Assembly (NCBI GenBank): GCA_000002445.1
Contig: CP000067.1
Span: forward strand, 256,001 to 320,000
Direction of reading: 5' to 3'
Source: Trypanosoma brucei
Taxonomy: Eukaryota
DNA length: 64,000 nt
Positions 11,244 to 22,751 of this stretch are shown here, one piece after another (the stretch's first letter is position 1; every line of letters begins with the position of its first letter). The notes beneath the pieces were generated by a model. That model searched no databases and was not told the origin of the DNA. It saw nothing but the letters and a program-made list of their open reading frames with translations. Position numbers and translations under genes: made by a program.

Positions 11244-11912
11244 TTAGAGGGGATTTAGTCCTCGAATCCGGTCCAGTAGCACGGCTGCAGAATGAGCACC
11301 TTCCGATAGCGTCACTACGCCGCAAAGGGCCGTCGCTGCGGCCATGCACACCTCCTCTGGGGGCTCCCCTCGCTCCTTCCAACCGGCTCCCTCAAACATC
11401 GTCCCATCGAACAAAACCAAATCGATCACACCAAGTTTTCGAGGAACGTTTGCAATCTCTTCTGACCCCAAATAACCCTTCAAGTTGTGTGCATCAGCCA
11501 CCTGCTTTAGTAAGCGAAGTGTGGATGAGCCAGTTAAGGTGAGTTCAATAGGCATGGCCACGGCAGCACGCACCGAACGTGAACGGACGTAACTGGGATG
11601 TATAAGTGCACAGCGGAAAAGGTCGTTTTCAACTATTTTCTCCCTTGGAACAACCCCCTCCAGTGACTTTTGCAGGCTCGTCGTTGAACTTTCGACCCAC
11701 CCCTCGGGAAGGCTCAAGTTGGCCTCAAGGAATTTGGCCCTTGGAGTGGCAAGCAACTTACTTCCCTCTTCCACCCTCGTAACGGTTGCACCCTCGGACG
11801 TGGACATCCGCGCCTGGGGAAGCTCCCGCGCGCAATCCCTAAGAAGTTTCAAATAGTGCTGCCGATTCCTCGTAGCACCCGCTGCCACGTTGACGACACG
11901 GCGGCTTGTCAT
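11244..11912 (-). CDS. hypothetical protein (223 aa from ATG 11912; alternative ATG 11807)
   Basis: ORF 11244..12203 minus. Its first 97 codons read through a polypyrimidine tract (FFFFVRLRH), so the start is set at the ATG at 11912 (checked); a further in-frame ATG lies at 11807. Confidence 0.4.
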   Translation of the reverse strand: MTSRRVVNVAAGATRNRQHYLKLLRDCARELPQARMSTSEGATVTRVEEGSKLLATPRAKFLEANLSLPEGWVESSTTSLQKSLEGVVPREKIVENDLFRCALIHPSYVRSRSVRAAVAMPIELTLTGSSTLRLLKQVADAHNLKGYLGSEEIANVPRKLGVIDLVLFDGTMFEGAGWKERGEPPEEVCMAAATALCGVVTLSEGAHSAAVLLDRIRGLNPL

Positions 11913-12583
11913 AAATAGCCACGCGTAGGGCAGCGCCCCCGTACTCCCTCGTGGTCGAAATGAAAGAGGAGGCGCAGTGCCTCTCGGGTGACGCAGGCGA
12001 ACGAAAAAGAAAAACAAGACGGAAGAGTGACGAAAGGAGCGTACATAAACACATATTTCCCGAGAGGGAAAAGGCCAAATGAAGCAACACCACATATGGG
12101 TATGTGATGAAAGAGCGACAAGACATATGGCGGAGTGCGGTATGCTGCCACACAAAGGAACGTGGAAAAGGAAAACGATGAAAAAAAAAATCCCACGAAG
12201 CATTCAAATCAGCTCAGTAGAGAGGGGGGCACCACCAATGCAGAAGGAGTGAAAGAAAAAACAACGACCCCACCCACATATATGCATCCCCGTATTTCCC
12301 ACAGCATATACACCTGCAATGCCACTCCCTCTCTTCAACCCTGAGATATGGAAATAAACAAAACCCCGTGACGCAGCAGCGACGTACCCGCGCAGCGTCA
12401 GGGCCCAGAAAGAGGAGAGAGTAGTGGCACGCCTTTATATCGAGAAACGATGGGACTAAAACAGAGAATTAAAGTATGAAGAGAAAACGTTAGGTGCCGG
12501 CTACACGGTGGAGAAATTGAGGACAAAAAAATGTCTGAGTAGCGGGAAAAAAAAAAAACGTACCAGAACCACCAACGCCGCCA

Positions 12584-13702
12584 TCAGTAAAATAACTTGC
12601 GGTACAACACCGAATCTCCCTCCTCCTCCATATCGGCACGTGTAATCCAAAGGGATGCAAAGGAGGAGCTATCTGTCGCCAAAGATGCGCCCACCCAGGC
12701 TCCGTCTACGGCACGAGACAAGTGGAAACCGCCCTCTTTTTCGTAACGAAAGTAACACGAATCCCTTTGCTGAACCTCTGTTAGCAACCGCTCACGGAAA
12801 CCGGGGGCCTGCGCCGTTCCACCACAAAGTGTGTGCGAAACGAACTGCAGTTGCCACTCGGGATCTAAACGCTGCTTGCAGCCCACAACAAGGTCCCCCA
12901 GTGAGCTCCCGAAACCACCAACCGAACGAAACAAAACCTCATATGCCTCCACTCGCGCCCGTCCTTCAACGGTAATGGCGCTCCCATCCGGGGCTCGTAA
13001 CACTAATGACCCTTCTTCCTTGTTACTTTCAGAAGCATCGGTACGAACGGTACATGCCAGTCGTTTAATGTCCCCAACCAAATCATCCATTGCTAATGCC
13101 CGCACGGTAGGAGTCTTGAATCGCGCCACACCTTCTAGTGCTTGTAACTGCTCACTGTCCAACATACCCTTGAGCACCTCCGTGACAACTTTGCCGGCAA
13201 CATCACTCGAAGCCACCGTTCCCCGCAGGGCGTAGCCGTCCAACACCGCAGCGGCGGTGGCGTGACTGTGCCCGACGTCCAACACGACGGTGGAACACTT
13301 CCCCGAGCTCAGTGCCCATGCAACACTTGGTCGTAGGCAATACAGAGCCGTTGCCACACCTGACTCCAATACGGAATGAAATAGCGCCCGCATCACGTCG
13401 AACCGCTCGTGCCACACCTCCGGGACCACGAGGGTGAGGGTTTCCTCCTTTAGGCAATGCAGCTCATCCCCAATAATGCGTGACAGGTAATCCATATTAG
13501 AGTCCCGCTGAGCATCCAAAGACTGTAATGTCCACATGGATGACACGCTCTCTGATCCTGCCCCATCCGCTGCCATTAGCACAGAGGGAAAACTTGTTTC
13601 AGCAGGCGGTTCCAACAAGTGAAGAGACGGAAACTGGCGCGCGCATCTTGTGTCACCAACATAACCAGCCCGCACATTCCATCCAATCTCCACTACTGCC
13701 AT
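12584..13702 (-). CDS. actin-related protein (actin/Hsp70 ATPase fold)
   Basis: AVVEIGWNVRAGYVGDTRCARQFPS resembles the actin N-terminus (lVcDNGSGm.KAGFAGDDAPRAVFPS). VVLDVGHSHATAAAVLDGYAL resembles actin vLDSGDGVtH.VPIYEGYAL. LCGGTAQAPGFRERLLTEV resembles LsGGtTMfPGiadRmqkEl. The ORF-track N-terminus (VCVCVFVC) is (CA)n translation with a GTG start; true ATG about 13702. Confidence 0.55.
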   Translation of the reverse strand: MAVVEIGWNVRAGYVGDTRCARQFPSLHLLEPPAETSFPSVLMAADGAGSESVSSMWTLQSLDAQRDSNMDYLSRIIGDELHCLKEETLTLVVPEVWHERFDVMRALFHSVLESGVATALYCLRPSVAWALSSGKCSTVVLDVGHSHATAAAVLDGYALRGTVASSDVAGKVVTEVLKGMLDSEQLQALEGVARFKTPTVRALAMDDLVGDIKRLACTVRTDASESNKEEGSLVLRAPDGSAITVEGRARVEAYEVLFRSVGGFGSSLGDLVVGCKQRLDPEWQLQFVSHTLCGGTAQAPGFRERLLTEVQQRDSCYFRYEKEGGFHLSRAVDGAWVGASLATDSSSFASLWITRADMEEEGDSVLYRKLFY

Positions 13703-14245
13703 ACCAACACTGCACACAAACACACACACACACACACGAACAGACGTGACTGACGCCCCTGCCACTAACTCTTACTTTAGTATCTGTTATTATCCCCTTT
13801 AGATTATTAACCACCACCCCCACCCCCCCCCACCAGCTGCTTTGAGTAATATTTCTCGTGAATTCGTATGGCACGGTGACTCGTCACCGTGGAGTTGCTG
13901 CTTTCGTGTTTCACAACATTTCCAGTGTTAGTAAACGGCGTCAGTAAGTGGGACAACACCACAAAGGTCGTGTGAAGTTTTGATGCGAACAAGCAGCGAC
14001 AAAAAAAAAAAGAAAAATGAAAAACAGTGAGAAGAACGGTTATAAGCATCCAAAGAAAGAAAACGATCCATAACTAACAGAACGAAGTACCGTGTCAAAC
14101 GTGAGCGGTAACAAAGCTACCGCCATAATTAAAAAAAACACCAAAAATTGTGCGGGACTTCCATGTGAGGCACCTTAGGAAAACCACCGACAGCGCGTCA
14201 TTCCCCCTTTTCTCACCTCGCACCGCCCAGAAATAAACGTTGCGG

Positions 14246-15298
14246 TCAAACAAACGATTTTCGAACGGCTGCGCACAACCCGGCGTCTCTTCCTCTCCGT
14301 GCCAACTCCTCTGCTGCCAGTCTCGTTGGCATTCGGAAAGTTAATTGCTTTACTGTGTCCGGCACGTATGTCTCCTTCACGAAAAGTGTGGTGGCGAGGG
14401 CGCGGGCCCGCACCTCCTCCTCTGCGTTTTTAGCTGCCACACAAACCTCCCACACATCACTAGGCAGCAGCTGCGTTGTAATCGACTGCTCCCGACCAAC
14501 AGAAACACCACAGGAACCCGTAGAGTCCATTTGTATAGAAGAGGACACACAACCGCTAGTAGATGTAGGGGACTTGTGGAGTACTGATGGCGATACACGG
14601 GTACGTTTCACTTGGCAACGATGTAACATGCCGTCAGTATCGTGCATGAATAACTTACACTGCACACACTGCATGCAGGGAACGTGATAGCGTTCGTCTT
14701 GGTACACTTCACTTGCGCAGTGTGCGCAAAGATCCATACCGCATTCGCTACAGTTATAAAGGTAAGTTTCATCCACCGGTTCCGCCTCCGCAGGCAGAAG
14801 GCCCTCCGGGGGGAGTTTCTTTAACCTATGAGGCTTGGCGCGCACCTCCTTGTTTTTACACCAATGGGTCACCCCACAGAAATCGCACGTCACCTCCTCT
14901 GCACCACTGTAATCAGAGATTCTCTTGATGCATAATTCATGGCCATTCCAACAACGCCACAACTTCTCCACTGGATCATACAGTGGACTACCGCTCTGCA
15001 AGAGGTACGCCATAGTCGCCACGGTATTTGTTGTCATTTCCATCTTAACGGATGAATTCATGTCCTTCCCGATGCTTTCAGTTCGCTTCCGTTTTGCGGG
15101 TGCGCGTCGCAGTGGAGACTTCACATCCGAAATATCCCATACTGCGGAATGATCCTGCAATGCCATCGCCACGAAGGGCGAAATATCACTCGGAGCGAAG
15201 GGACATTTTCTTCCCAGGGTGGTTTCCGCCATATCTCCATCATTCTTATTTGCTTGACTCTTTTCCCTCATTGCGTACATTTCAGCAGCGGTGTCCAT
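14246..15298 (-). CDS. cysteine-rich zinc-finger protein (ZZ-type-like Cys cluster)
   Basis: ATG at 15298 checked. Cys/His clusters CDFCGVTHWCKNK and YNCSECGMDLCAHCAS...CMQCVQC fit a ZZ / B-box-like pattern. Confidence 0.5.
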   Translation of the reverse strand: MDTAAEMYAMREKSQANKNDGDMAETTLGRKCPFAPSDISPFVAMALQDHSAVWDISDVKSPLRRAPAKRKRTESIGKDMNSSVKMEMTTNTVATMAYLLQSGSPLYDPVEKLWRCWNGHELCIKRISDYSGAEEVTCDFCGVTHWCKNKEVRAKPHRLKKLPPEGLLPAEAEPVDETYLYNCSECGMDLCAHCASEVYQDERYHVPCMQCVQCKLFMHDTDGMLHRCQVKRTRVSPSVLHKSPTSTSGCVSSSIQMDSTGSCGVSVGREQSITTQLLPSDVWEVCVAAKNAEEEVRARALATTLFVKETYVPDTVKQLTFRMPTRLAAEELARRGRDAGLCAAVRKSFV

Positions 15299-18200
15299 CC
15301 CCTTAAATATTCAAGTGCCCCTTTTCCTCGCCTCGCGTCCACCACGCCTCAGGGAGCACTTAAAGAGAAAATTAAAACGAAAGAAAAAAAAAAAGGGAAA
15401 ACGGTGCGCCAATATAATTGGTACTCAAAAAAAAAAAGAAATGTGGTGTACAGACATATGTTTATATACACACATACATGCATTTATTTTGAAATAAAAA
15501 GAATGAAAAGATTAGAAAGGATTAGAAAAGAGAAAGGAGTAAGGTAAAGAAAAATAAAAATAAAAATAGAGAAGAGAAGACAGAAAAGACAGAAAAAAAC
15601 CCTGTGACTTATAACAAAGTACGTTCGTTAACCTCAGTAATGCACTAGGGTTCCATTTCTAGTAGTTTTTTTTTCCTTTTTTTTTTTGCTTTCCTCCTAA
15701 TTTCATTTTACTCTGACATGTAGTCGTTTCACTGTCCTCCCCCCTCCCCTCCCACATACCTTTTCCTTTCTTTCTTTTTTTTTTCCTCCCTCCCCCCTTT
15801 CCCTTCAGTTGCTCAGCGCATCTAAACAATACCACACACAGACACATAGCTTTAGTTTCTCCACACATTTACACAATTGTTTGCGCCATTGAAGGCTCTT
15901 TCATGCATCTGCATTAATGTTGCGAACACCCCCACAACGTGGGAACAAAATAACGGATGGAAGTGGTAATAATAATAATTATTATTATTATTATTATTAT
16001 TTAAAAAGAAAAGAAAGCAGTGAGGGAAGTGACAGCCGAGTGAGTGGCAATGGCGTGGCCGGTAGGCAAAACAATTTTGAGTTTCGGAATCTCCACCACT
16101 CGATTGTGTTGTCACCATTTCCTTCCAAAGTAAAAATTAAACAAAAAAGTGTTGTTGTTTTTTTTTTCTTCCATCATTCCGCCATTTCGATAGGGGGAGT
16201 CACAGACACACAAGAGCCGGCAATATGGCATTTGTTTTGTGGTGGTTATTGTGGTTGTTGTTTACTGCCTCCACATGTGTGGCAGTAAAGGAAAAAAAAG
16301 GGAAAAAGAAGAAGAAAGAAGAAGGAAGAAGGAATAAGGAATAAGGAAGGAAAAGAAAAAAGAAAAAAGAAAAAAAAACATCCTCACTTTTCCTCCACAC
16401 GAAAGCAAAACTGGCAATCCACGAGAAAACATGAGCCTCACATCTGAAAGATGTGAGTTCAAATAAAACAATTGCGCTTGCAACAAAACCCCGAACCAGC
16501 GGGGTTTCGTTACAAATGCGCATTGAAAAGGTATGGCAAAACGAAAAAAGAAAAGAAAAGAAAAGAAAAGAAAAGAGAAAAGATATGGACTGAAATGAGT
16601 TGACACACGGATGACTAGGGATGATAAATAAACAACTGCAACGGTTTTGATAAAACGACACGTGTTCTTTATGGACTTTTTTTTCTTTTCTTGCTTTTTT
16701 TGAAAGTTTGCCACTTATCGTTGGTTGTTGTTTCTTCATTTATTTATTCTTTTTTTTTTCCTCTCTTGGTTGTCCCGTCTTTCCGCACATCACATCTTGT
16801 TGTTCATTCCGCCACATCTCCACACACTCCTTTTGTTTTCCCTGAGTTATTGTTGTTGCTGTTGTTGTTGCTATATTATTATTGTTGTTATTACTATTAT
16901 TTCACATTTTTTTTCTTTTTAAACTACTTCCGTTTTCTTACGATTTCTTGGCTTTTTATTTTATTACATTTTATTTCATTTCATTTTTACCTCTTTTGTA
17001 CACTCTACCACACCTTTTCTTTTCTTTCCTTTTGTACTCTCACAATATCACCTCTACTTATTCCTTTCTTCAAACCACGGCAGAGGAAAACATGACACGA
17101 CAAATAATGAAATAAAATTAAGTTAACGATATAATTATATGAAGAAAAAAAAAAGAAAAAAAATGACGAGTTGACGCTGTGAAAAATCTACGAGGGAATG
17201 TCAAACAGCCGCTAAACTCAGTCCTCTCATTTGCCTGACGGGGAAACAAAAATGTGACGTGCATGAAAAAAAAAAAACAAAAAAAAAAGAAAATGAAAAT
17301 GAAAATGAAAAAGTGAAAACAAATGTTGGTAAAATAAATCATCGGACCCCGTCTTCATTTTAATTATCTTTATTATTATTATTGTTTTTTTTTACCGCTG
17401 CTGTTATTGTTATCAATAAGAAAAAGCACGCCGTGGTGATAAAAAAGAAAAAAAAGTGAGAGTAGAAGTAGAAAAAAAAAAAAATAAAACAACAACAACG
17501 TCAACAACAACAACAAAAAGAGGGAGAGGAGGTTTGATCAGCTGGCGGAAGAAAAAGTTGGGATCAAATTAAGATAACTTTCAAAAAAGAAAAAAAAAGA
17601 GAGAGGGGGAAAGGAAGGAAGGGAAATAAATAAATAAATGAGGGAGAGAAAGGGGGAAAAAAAAAAGAGAGAAAAGAGAAAAGGGAAGGAGAAGGAGAAG
17701 GGAAGGAAAAAGAAAAGAAAAGAAACTCCCATTCCCATTTACTTCACTTCATCACTGGCTTACTCACTTTACATGTGCGGTAATGTAAATATAAATACAT
17801 GTATAGACACATAAAGGAGTGCGGATACCCATACGGATATTCATACAGAAATAATATAAAGATAAACAAGATCGGTACATTGGTCTCATTCATCCACTTA
17901 CTCAATTTATTTATTTATTTGACTTTTGGTGACAACTGCGCGTTCATGGAGAAGAGGAAATCATGCAGTTTGAAGTGATGGAATTTTTTAAAAAAAAAAG
18001 CGGAGGTGCGTCCCATTTGACAAAAACATAACTCCTCACATTTTTTTTTTAAAAATGCTATTATTCTGTGGAGTTTTCTCCACCGAGGCCGAAGGATTAT
18101 TGATCATGGAAGAATTTGAAGAAATGGTGCACAATAATAATAATAAGTGATGGAAATGATGAAAAGGTGGGAAAACTTTAGAAAGAGGGCAGACAAATCC

Positions 18201-18999
18201 ACCACAAAGTGCAGCACCCTTCCGTAAACAATTTTTTTAAAAAGAAAACGTTCATGATTTCTCCTCCACTCGATCACTCACTCTTTCCTTCATTCTTTCA
18301 TTCATTCATTAACTGACAGAAGGGGAAAAGAAGAAAGAAGGTTAATAAATAAATAAATAAAAAGATGAATGGCCCGAGAGAAACACGCACATACGCGCGT
18401 CACGCAATCCACTGCGCAAACACATTCTGTTTTATATTAGCCAGGAGGAGATAAACAAAGGGGGAAAAGGGAGGGGCAAACAAACAAATAAAAACATAAA
18501 ATAGCATTAAAAGGGAAAAGCCGCAAAAAAAAAAAAAGCAAACGAAAACAAGGAGAAAAGAAAAAAGCCAGTTGCTTGAAGCATATCAAGAAAAACAGAG
18601 GCACGGGGAAGAAAAATAAGTGAATTTTGAAAAGTAATTATTTTTTTTTTGAAGGGAAATTTGCCTCACTGAAGTGCGGCAACAAACGCAGGCACGACAT
18701 GCGCATGTAAATATATATATTAAAATATGCGCCCCCGTGCCTGTTAAGGGGAGAGGAGGAAACACTCAAGGGAAAAAAGAGAAAGGGAAAATATGTGCCG
18801 CACTGACGTATATACTTCTGAAACATCACATACACAGGGACACATACACAGACACAAACACACACAAAAAAAAAAAAAACTGCCTCAAGGTTAATAAAAC
18901 TGGCTGAAAGGGAAAGAGAAGGGGAGGGGAAAAAAAAAAAATGGCGGCGGCCGCGGTTACGGCAAGGGGGAAAAAAATAGTAAATAAAAATGGGGTGCC
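15299..18999. repeat. 3.7-kb gene-free low-complexity region: alternating homopurine and homopyrimidine blocks, with (AAT/ATT)n, (GTT)n, (AAAG)n, (GAAAAT)n and (AAAT)n microsatellites
   Basis: No ORF over 180 aa, and only low-complexity translations. Visible runs: aataataataattattattatt (15958-15992), aaaagaaaagaaaag (16540-16580), ttgttgttgctgttgttgttg (16846-16870), gaaaatgaaaatgaaaatg (17291-17312). Confidence 0.85.
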
Positions 19000-19665
19000 C
19001 TACAGCTCCTGAGATCTTTCAGATGATTTTTTCAGCGACCTCACGGGCGGAAGAAACCCCTCGTCATCGCAAACAGCCCCACGGCGAGCTTCCAGCGGTG
19101 GTCGGACACCACTTCGCAGGCTCGCGTTGGATAACCGCTTCCCCGGCAGATCCACCAGAGACGAGGACATTTGCAGAGACTCGCAGCTTTCCTTTGATGA
19201 GTGGTATGTGCAATCGGAGCCGATGGATGAGCTCCGTGGGGATGGCGAAGACGCTTGATCCTGCCGCATGGCTTCGAATATGTAATTGAAATGTGGATGC
19301 GCATGACCCATCAACTGTTTCGTGGAATCCCCCTGTGGTGTTACAGGCGAATGGGGTTGCTCAGTAGGAGAAGGTATATGCTTCAATTTGTATTGACGAA
19401 ATGACAATTCCCCAAGTCGCATGAACACCAAGTGATTAAGCGCTCCCTCCTTCACAGCAGACTCATGAACCCGAAGCCGCTTATCCTTATACCCTTCCAG
19501 CGGGGCAAAAAACCAATTAACATAACCCTCAGGCTGCAACTCACCCACAAAACAATACCTTCTGTAGGAAAATGTACCCCCGAAATCCAACATGGGTGAG
19601 TAGCTGACCTTCGACAGAACCATGGGGACGCCGTCAACATTCATTTCCATAGGGAGCTCCATCAT
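19000..19665 (-). CDS. hypothetical protein (about 221 aa)
   Basis: ORF-track start 19689 is GTG; ATG at 19665 (MMELPMEMNV). N-terminal beta-rich region, Ser-rich tail. No confident family. Confidence 0.45.
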   Translation of the reverse strand: MMELPMEMNVDGVPMVLSKVSYSPMLDFGGTFSYRRYCFVGELQPEGYVNWFFAPLEGYKDKRLRVHESAVKEGALNHLVFMRLGELSFRQYKLKHIPSPTEQPHSPVTPQGDSTKQLMGHAHPHFNYIFEAMRQDQASSPSPRSSSIGSDCTYHSSKESCESLQMSSSLVDLPGKRLSNASLRSGVRPPLEARRGAVCDDEGFLPPVRSLKKSSERSQEL

Positions 19666-20639
19666 GACCGGACTGATGCGTAAAAGCACTACGCAACACC
19701 TGTGGTTATGATGTTAATTTTACCAACGAATGGAAGGTACAAAAGGGAATGCCAAAAACGACGGCAAGGGAAAAGATATAAATAGGTAAACGGGTATATA
19801 TAAAAAAGAATGATCAGAAATATATAAACCTTACCTTAGCCTATCCGATTGTTGTGAACAGCGAACAGACTTTGCCGAAATGAAACAGATGGTGCGCGCA
19901 CTGATGCAAAGGTAAAAACTTCGCGGGCGCAACACGTTAAAAATTTTTTTTTGGTTAAAATGTTTTCAAGAAGAAGGAAAAGAGAAGAGATGTCAAGATA
20001 TTGAGGGTCGAAACGACATGGGAAAGGCAAGGAGCAGAAACAAACAGCAGCAGCACGTAGCAATAAGGGAAAGGAGGAAACAAAATTATAAAAAGTAGTT
20101 GTGGGGGGGGGGTCGACAACATGTGAACTTGTTCGCATGTTGAAGGAGGAAGTACTGGAAACTGGCACACGGTTTCAGGAATGTGGAAAAGAAAAAAACT
20201 TTTAAGGTAGAAAAGATCGGATGAGCGCATACGCCTCGGCAGCAATATCCCACACGCACAAAAACATATGCCCAAAGCGACATTCACTTCGCTGCAAACC
20301 TCCAGCGCATCCTCGCGGTAACCCCACCATCTGTTCGCATTTCCTCTCACTGTCCCCCTTCTCCTTTTCCACCCGACCGTCACATACGCTTCATACTCTT
20401 GTCGGTTACTCCCAGACGCGTTAACACTTGGTAGAGATTTTCAAAATGCCATCCGTCCCTTGCAATCCCCCTTCGCCACACGCACGCACACATATATATA
20501 TATATATCTACGCAGAGGCATGATGGGCCCCTCGTCACTGCAAGTAATAGTAAATAAGATAAAACAAAATAAACCAAATCCACTGAGCAATTTGTGATGT
20601 CCACAAATGTTTCTCCGATTTGATCGAGACGTCCATGGC

Positions 20640-22112
20640 TCAAACAAAAACACTCTTCACCGCTTCAGTGATAACTTTAGCGGCCCGCAGCAACTCATCC
20701 TCTGTGGCTGTTCCCTTTACAAGAATGCGCAGCGCCGAAAAGTTGCTGCATGCCTCCTCCTTAGAGAAGAGATGGCGAGTAAGAAGAACACCTTTTCGCC
20801 TTGCCGCTTCCACGACCTGCTGTAACTCCTCCTCTACCTTTTGATGGTGGCACTTCACATAAGCGTCGGTTGGGCGCAGGATCACAATTGGGGACACATC
20901 ACCAGCGCACTCCACCAAAGTAATCTTTTCGGGATTCATTCCAGCGCTCCGGATGGCACCACGAAAGAGACCAGCATTTCTTTGAAGTTTTTCGGGGAAT
21001 GAATGGTCCTCATCCAGAAGTTTCAACACGGCCGAAACACCGGCTGTAATGTAAGGGGCAAGAGAAGCAGAAAAGACGTAAGCGGCAGCTGTAAGTCGCT
21101 GGTATTCGATAATAGCGTGCTCTCCAGCACAGAAACCGCCGACTCCACCCATGGCCTGACTTAAGCTTCCAACATATAAATCAATCCGCGTGGTGGGAAT
21201 ACCATAGTGTTCATGCGTACCGCGCCCCGTGGGGCCCATGCAACCGAAACCACAACTGTCATCGAGAATAATACGAAATTTGTACTTCTCACAGAGCTCC
21301 AAAACCTGTGGGAGTTTGCACACATCGCCCAGGTTCTTGAAGACGCCCTCGGTCACCACAAACCTTCTTGAGAGCTTTTTCTCCTTCATTTCTTTTATCT
21401 GCACCTCTCGCAGAATCTCCTCAAGATGCGCCATGTCATTGTGTCGGTACTTGAGCAGGTTCGCACGGGACAACGTGCAGCCTTCGTGTACGGGAAGACT
21501 AACACCATCATCAACGATTAGATAGTCCCCCCTCGATGCGTGACATGGAATAAGCGTTGAAATCGTAGCAAAGGAGAAACTAAAGATGAGGGAATCTTCA
21601 ACACCAAGAAACTTGGCAATGTCTTCCTCCAGCACCATGTGGGGCTTAATCGTACCATAAAACCCACGGGGGCCACAGCTGCCAACGCCGTACGCCACCA
21701 CAATCTTCTTGGCCACATCCACCACCGTGGGATGCGTTGAAAAGGAGTGAAAATCCTCCGTCACGAGGTCAAGGTACTCTCTGCTGCTTGAATCCGATTC
21801 GTCCCGCAGCGTGATGTAGCAGCTATTACGTGCCTCCACCTCTGACATTCCGGTGCGGTTGGGCAGTTGTGTGTTGGCGTTTGGTTTCGCGTCGGCTCTA
21901 AACATCTGCGACCGGAACGCGGCAATTCGGCGCTGTTGCTCCTCCAGCGGTGGCAATTCCGGCTCAACTATTTTTGAAGTGTTGCGCCTACGGATGAAAT
22001 GCAGGGCCAATGCAACTGCGAGGGCCGCCGCCAGAAGGGCCTCGAGTAATAGATGAGAAAACTCTGAGAACGCCAGCGGTGCAGTGGATGAAAGAGTCTT
22101 AAATCCCACCAT
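20640..22112 (-). CDS. SPT1: serine palmitoyltransferase subunit 1 (LCB1-type alpha-oxoamine synthase lacking the PLP lysine)
   Basis: N-terminal TM helix, then an aminotransferase class I/II fold. YVGSLSQAMGGVGGFCAGEHAIIEYQRLTAAAYVFSASLAPY matches the SPTLC1 region GSLeKAlGasGGFCcG...QRLsgqGYcFSASLPP, with no catalytic Lys. ATG at 22112 checked. Confidence 0.75.
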   Translation of the reverse strand: MVGFKTLSSTAPLAFSEFSHLLLEALLAAALAVALALHFIRRRNTSKIVEPELPPLEEQQRRIAAFRSQMFRADAKPNANTQLPNRTGMSEVEARNSCYITLRDESDSSSREYLDLVTEDFHSFSTHPTVVDVAKKIVVAYGVGSCGPRGFYGTIKPHMVLEEDIAKFLGVEDSLIFSFSFATISTLIPCHASRGDYLIVDDGVSLPVHEGCTLSRANLLKYRHNDMAHLEEILREVQIKEMKEKKLSRRFVVTEGVFKNLGDVCKLPQVLELCEKYKFRIILDDSCGFGCMGPTGRGTHEHYGIPTTRIDLYVGSLSQAMGGVGGFCAGEHAIIEYQRLTAAAYVFSASLAPYITAGVSAVLKLLDEDHSFPEKLQRNAGLFRGAIRSAGMNPEKITLVECAGDVSPIVILRPTDAYVKCHHQKVEEELQQVVEAARRKGVLLTRHLFSKEEACSNFSALRILVKGTATEDELLRAAKVITEAVKSVFV

Positions 22113-22751
22113 TGTTTTCTTTTTTCCTTCTTGTTCCGATATGCCCGAATGCGTTATTCTTCCTTTTTACACTTATTATACCCTACCCACCTGTGTCTCG
22201 GTGTTGTTGCTGCTGAAAAGAATCAAGAACTGTCAAGATAACTTCTTGATCACACCACCAAGAAAAAAAAAATTCCACACAGTGAGTAATGCTAAACAAA
22301 GAAAATAAGCCCAAAAGAGACCGGCAAAGTGCGACGATGCTCGGAACTAATACAACACTCGTGTGTAGGGATAGTTAAAACAAACTCATGATCCTGAGAA
22401 AGCAGAGGGAAATTCGCACAGAATGCATCCAACGAAACGCAACCACATCTGCAGACATGCGGCTCCGCAACTGTAGCCCGCACTAAACATAAGCGGCAAC
22501 AACCCCGCAACCCAACCTGCCGGCCGCGCTGTGGAATTGCCTCAGCGCCCATCGCCGACTTGAGAGGACTCTTCAACACACAACACAACACAACACAACA
22601 CACTTCACTCCAGTCCAATCCCAAACTTCTCCCGCCTACGACAGGGTACACAATTCCACCACTTCACGCAGGGAAACCTCTTTTTTCCTCCCTACACTCT
22701 TGGCAACACAACCTATGGAGTGTGTCGAAGAAACGTGATCCATCACGAACC

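Noticed and set aside
16200-17342. Several 70-180-aa ORFs on both strands inside the 15.3-19.0 kb low-complexity block.
   Set aside because: Their translations are homopolymeric Phe/Ser/Leu or Lys/Glu/Arg strings from homopyrimidine or homopurine DNA. They are not coding.
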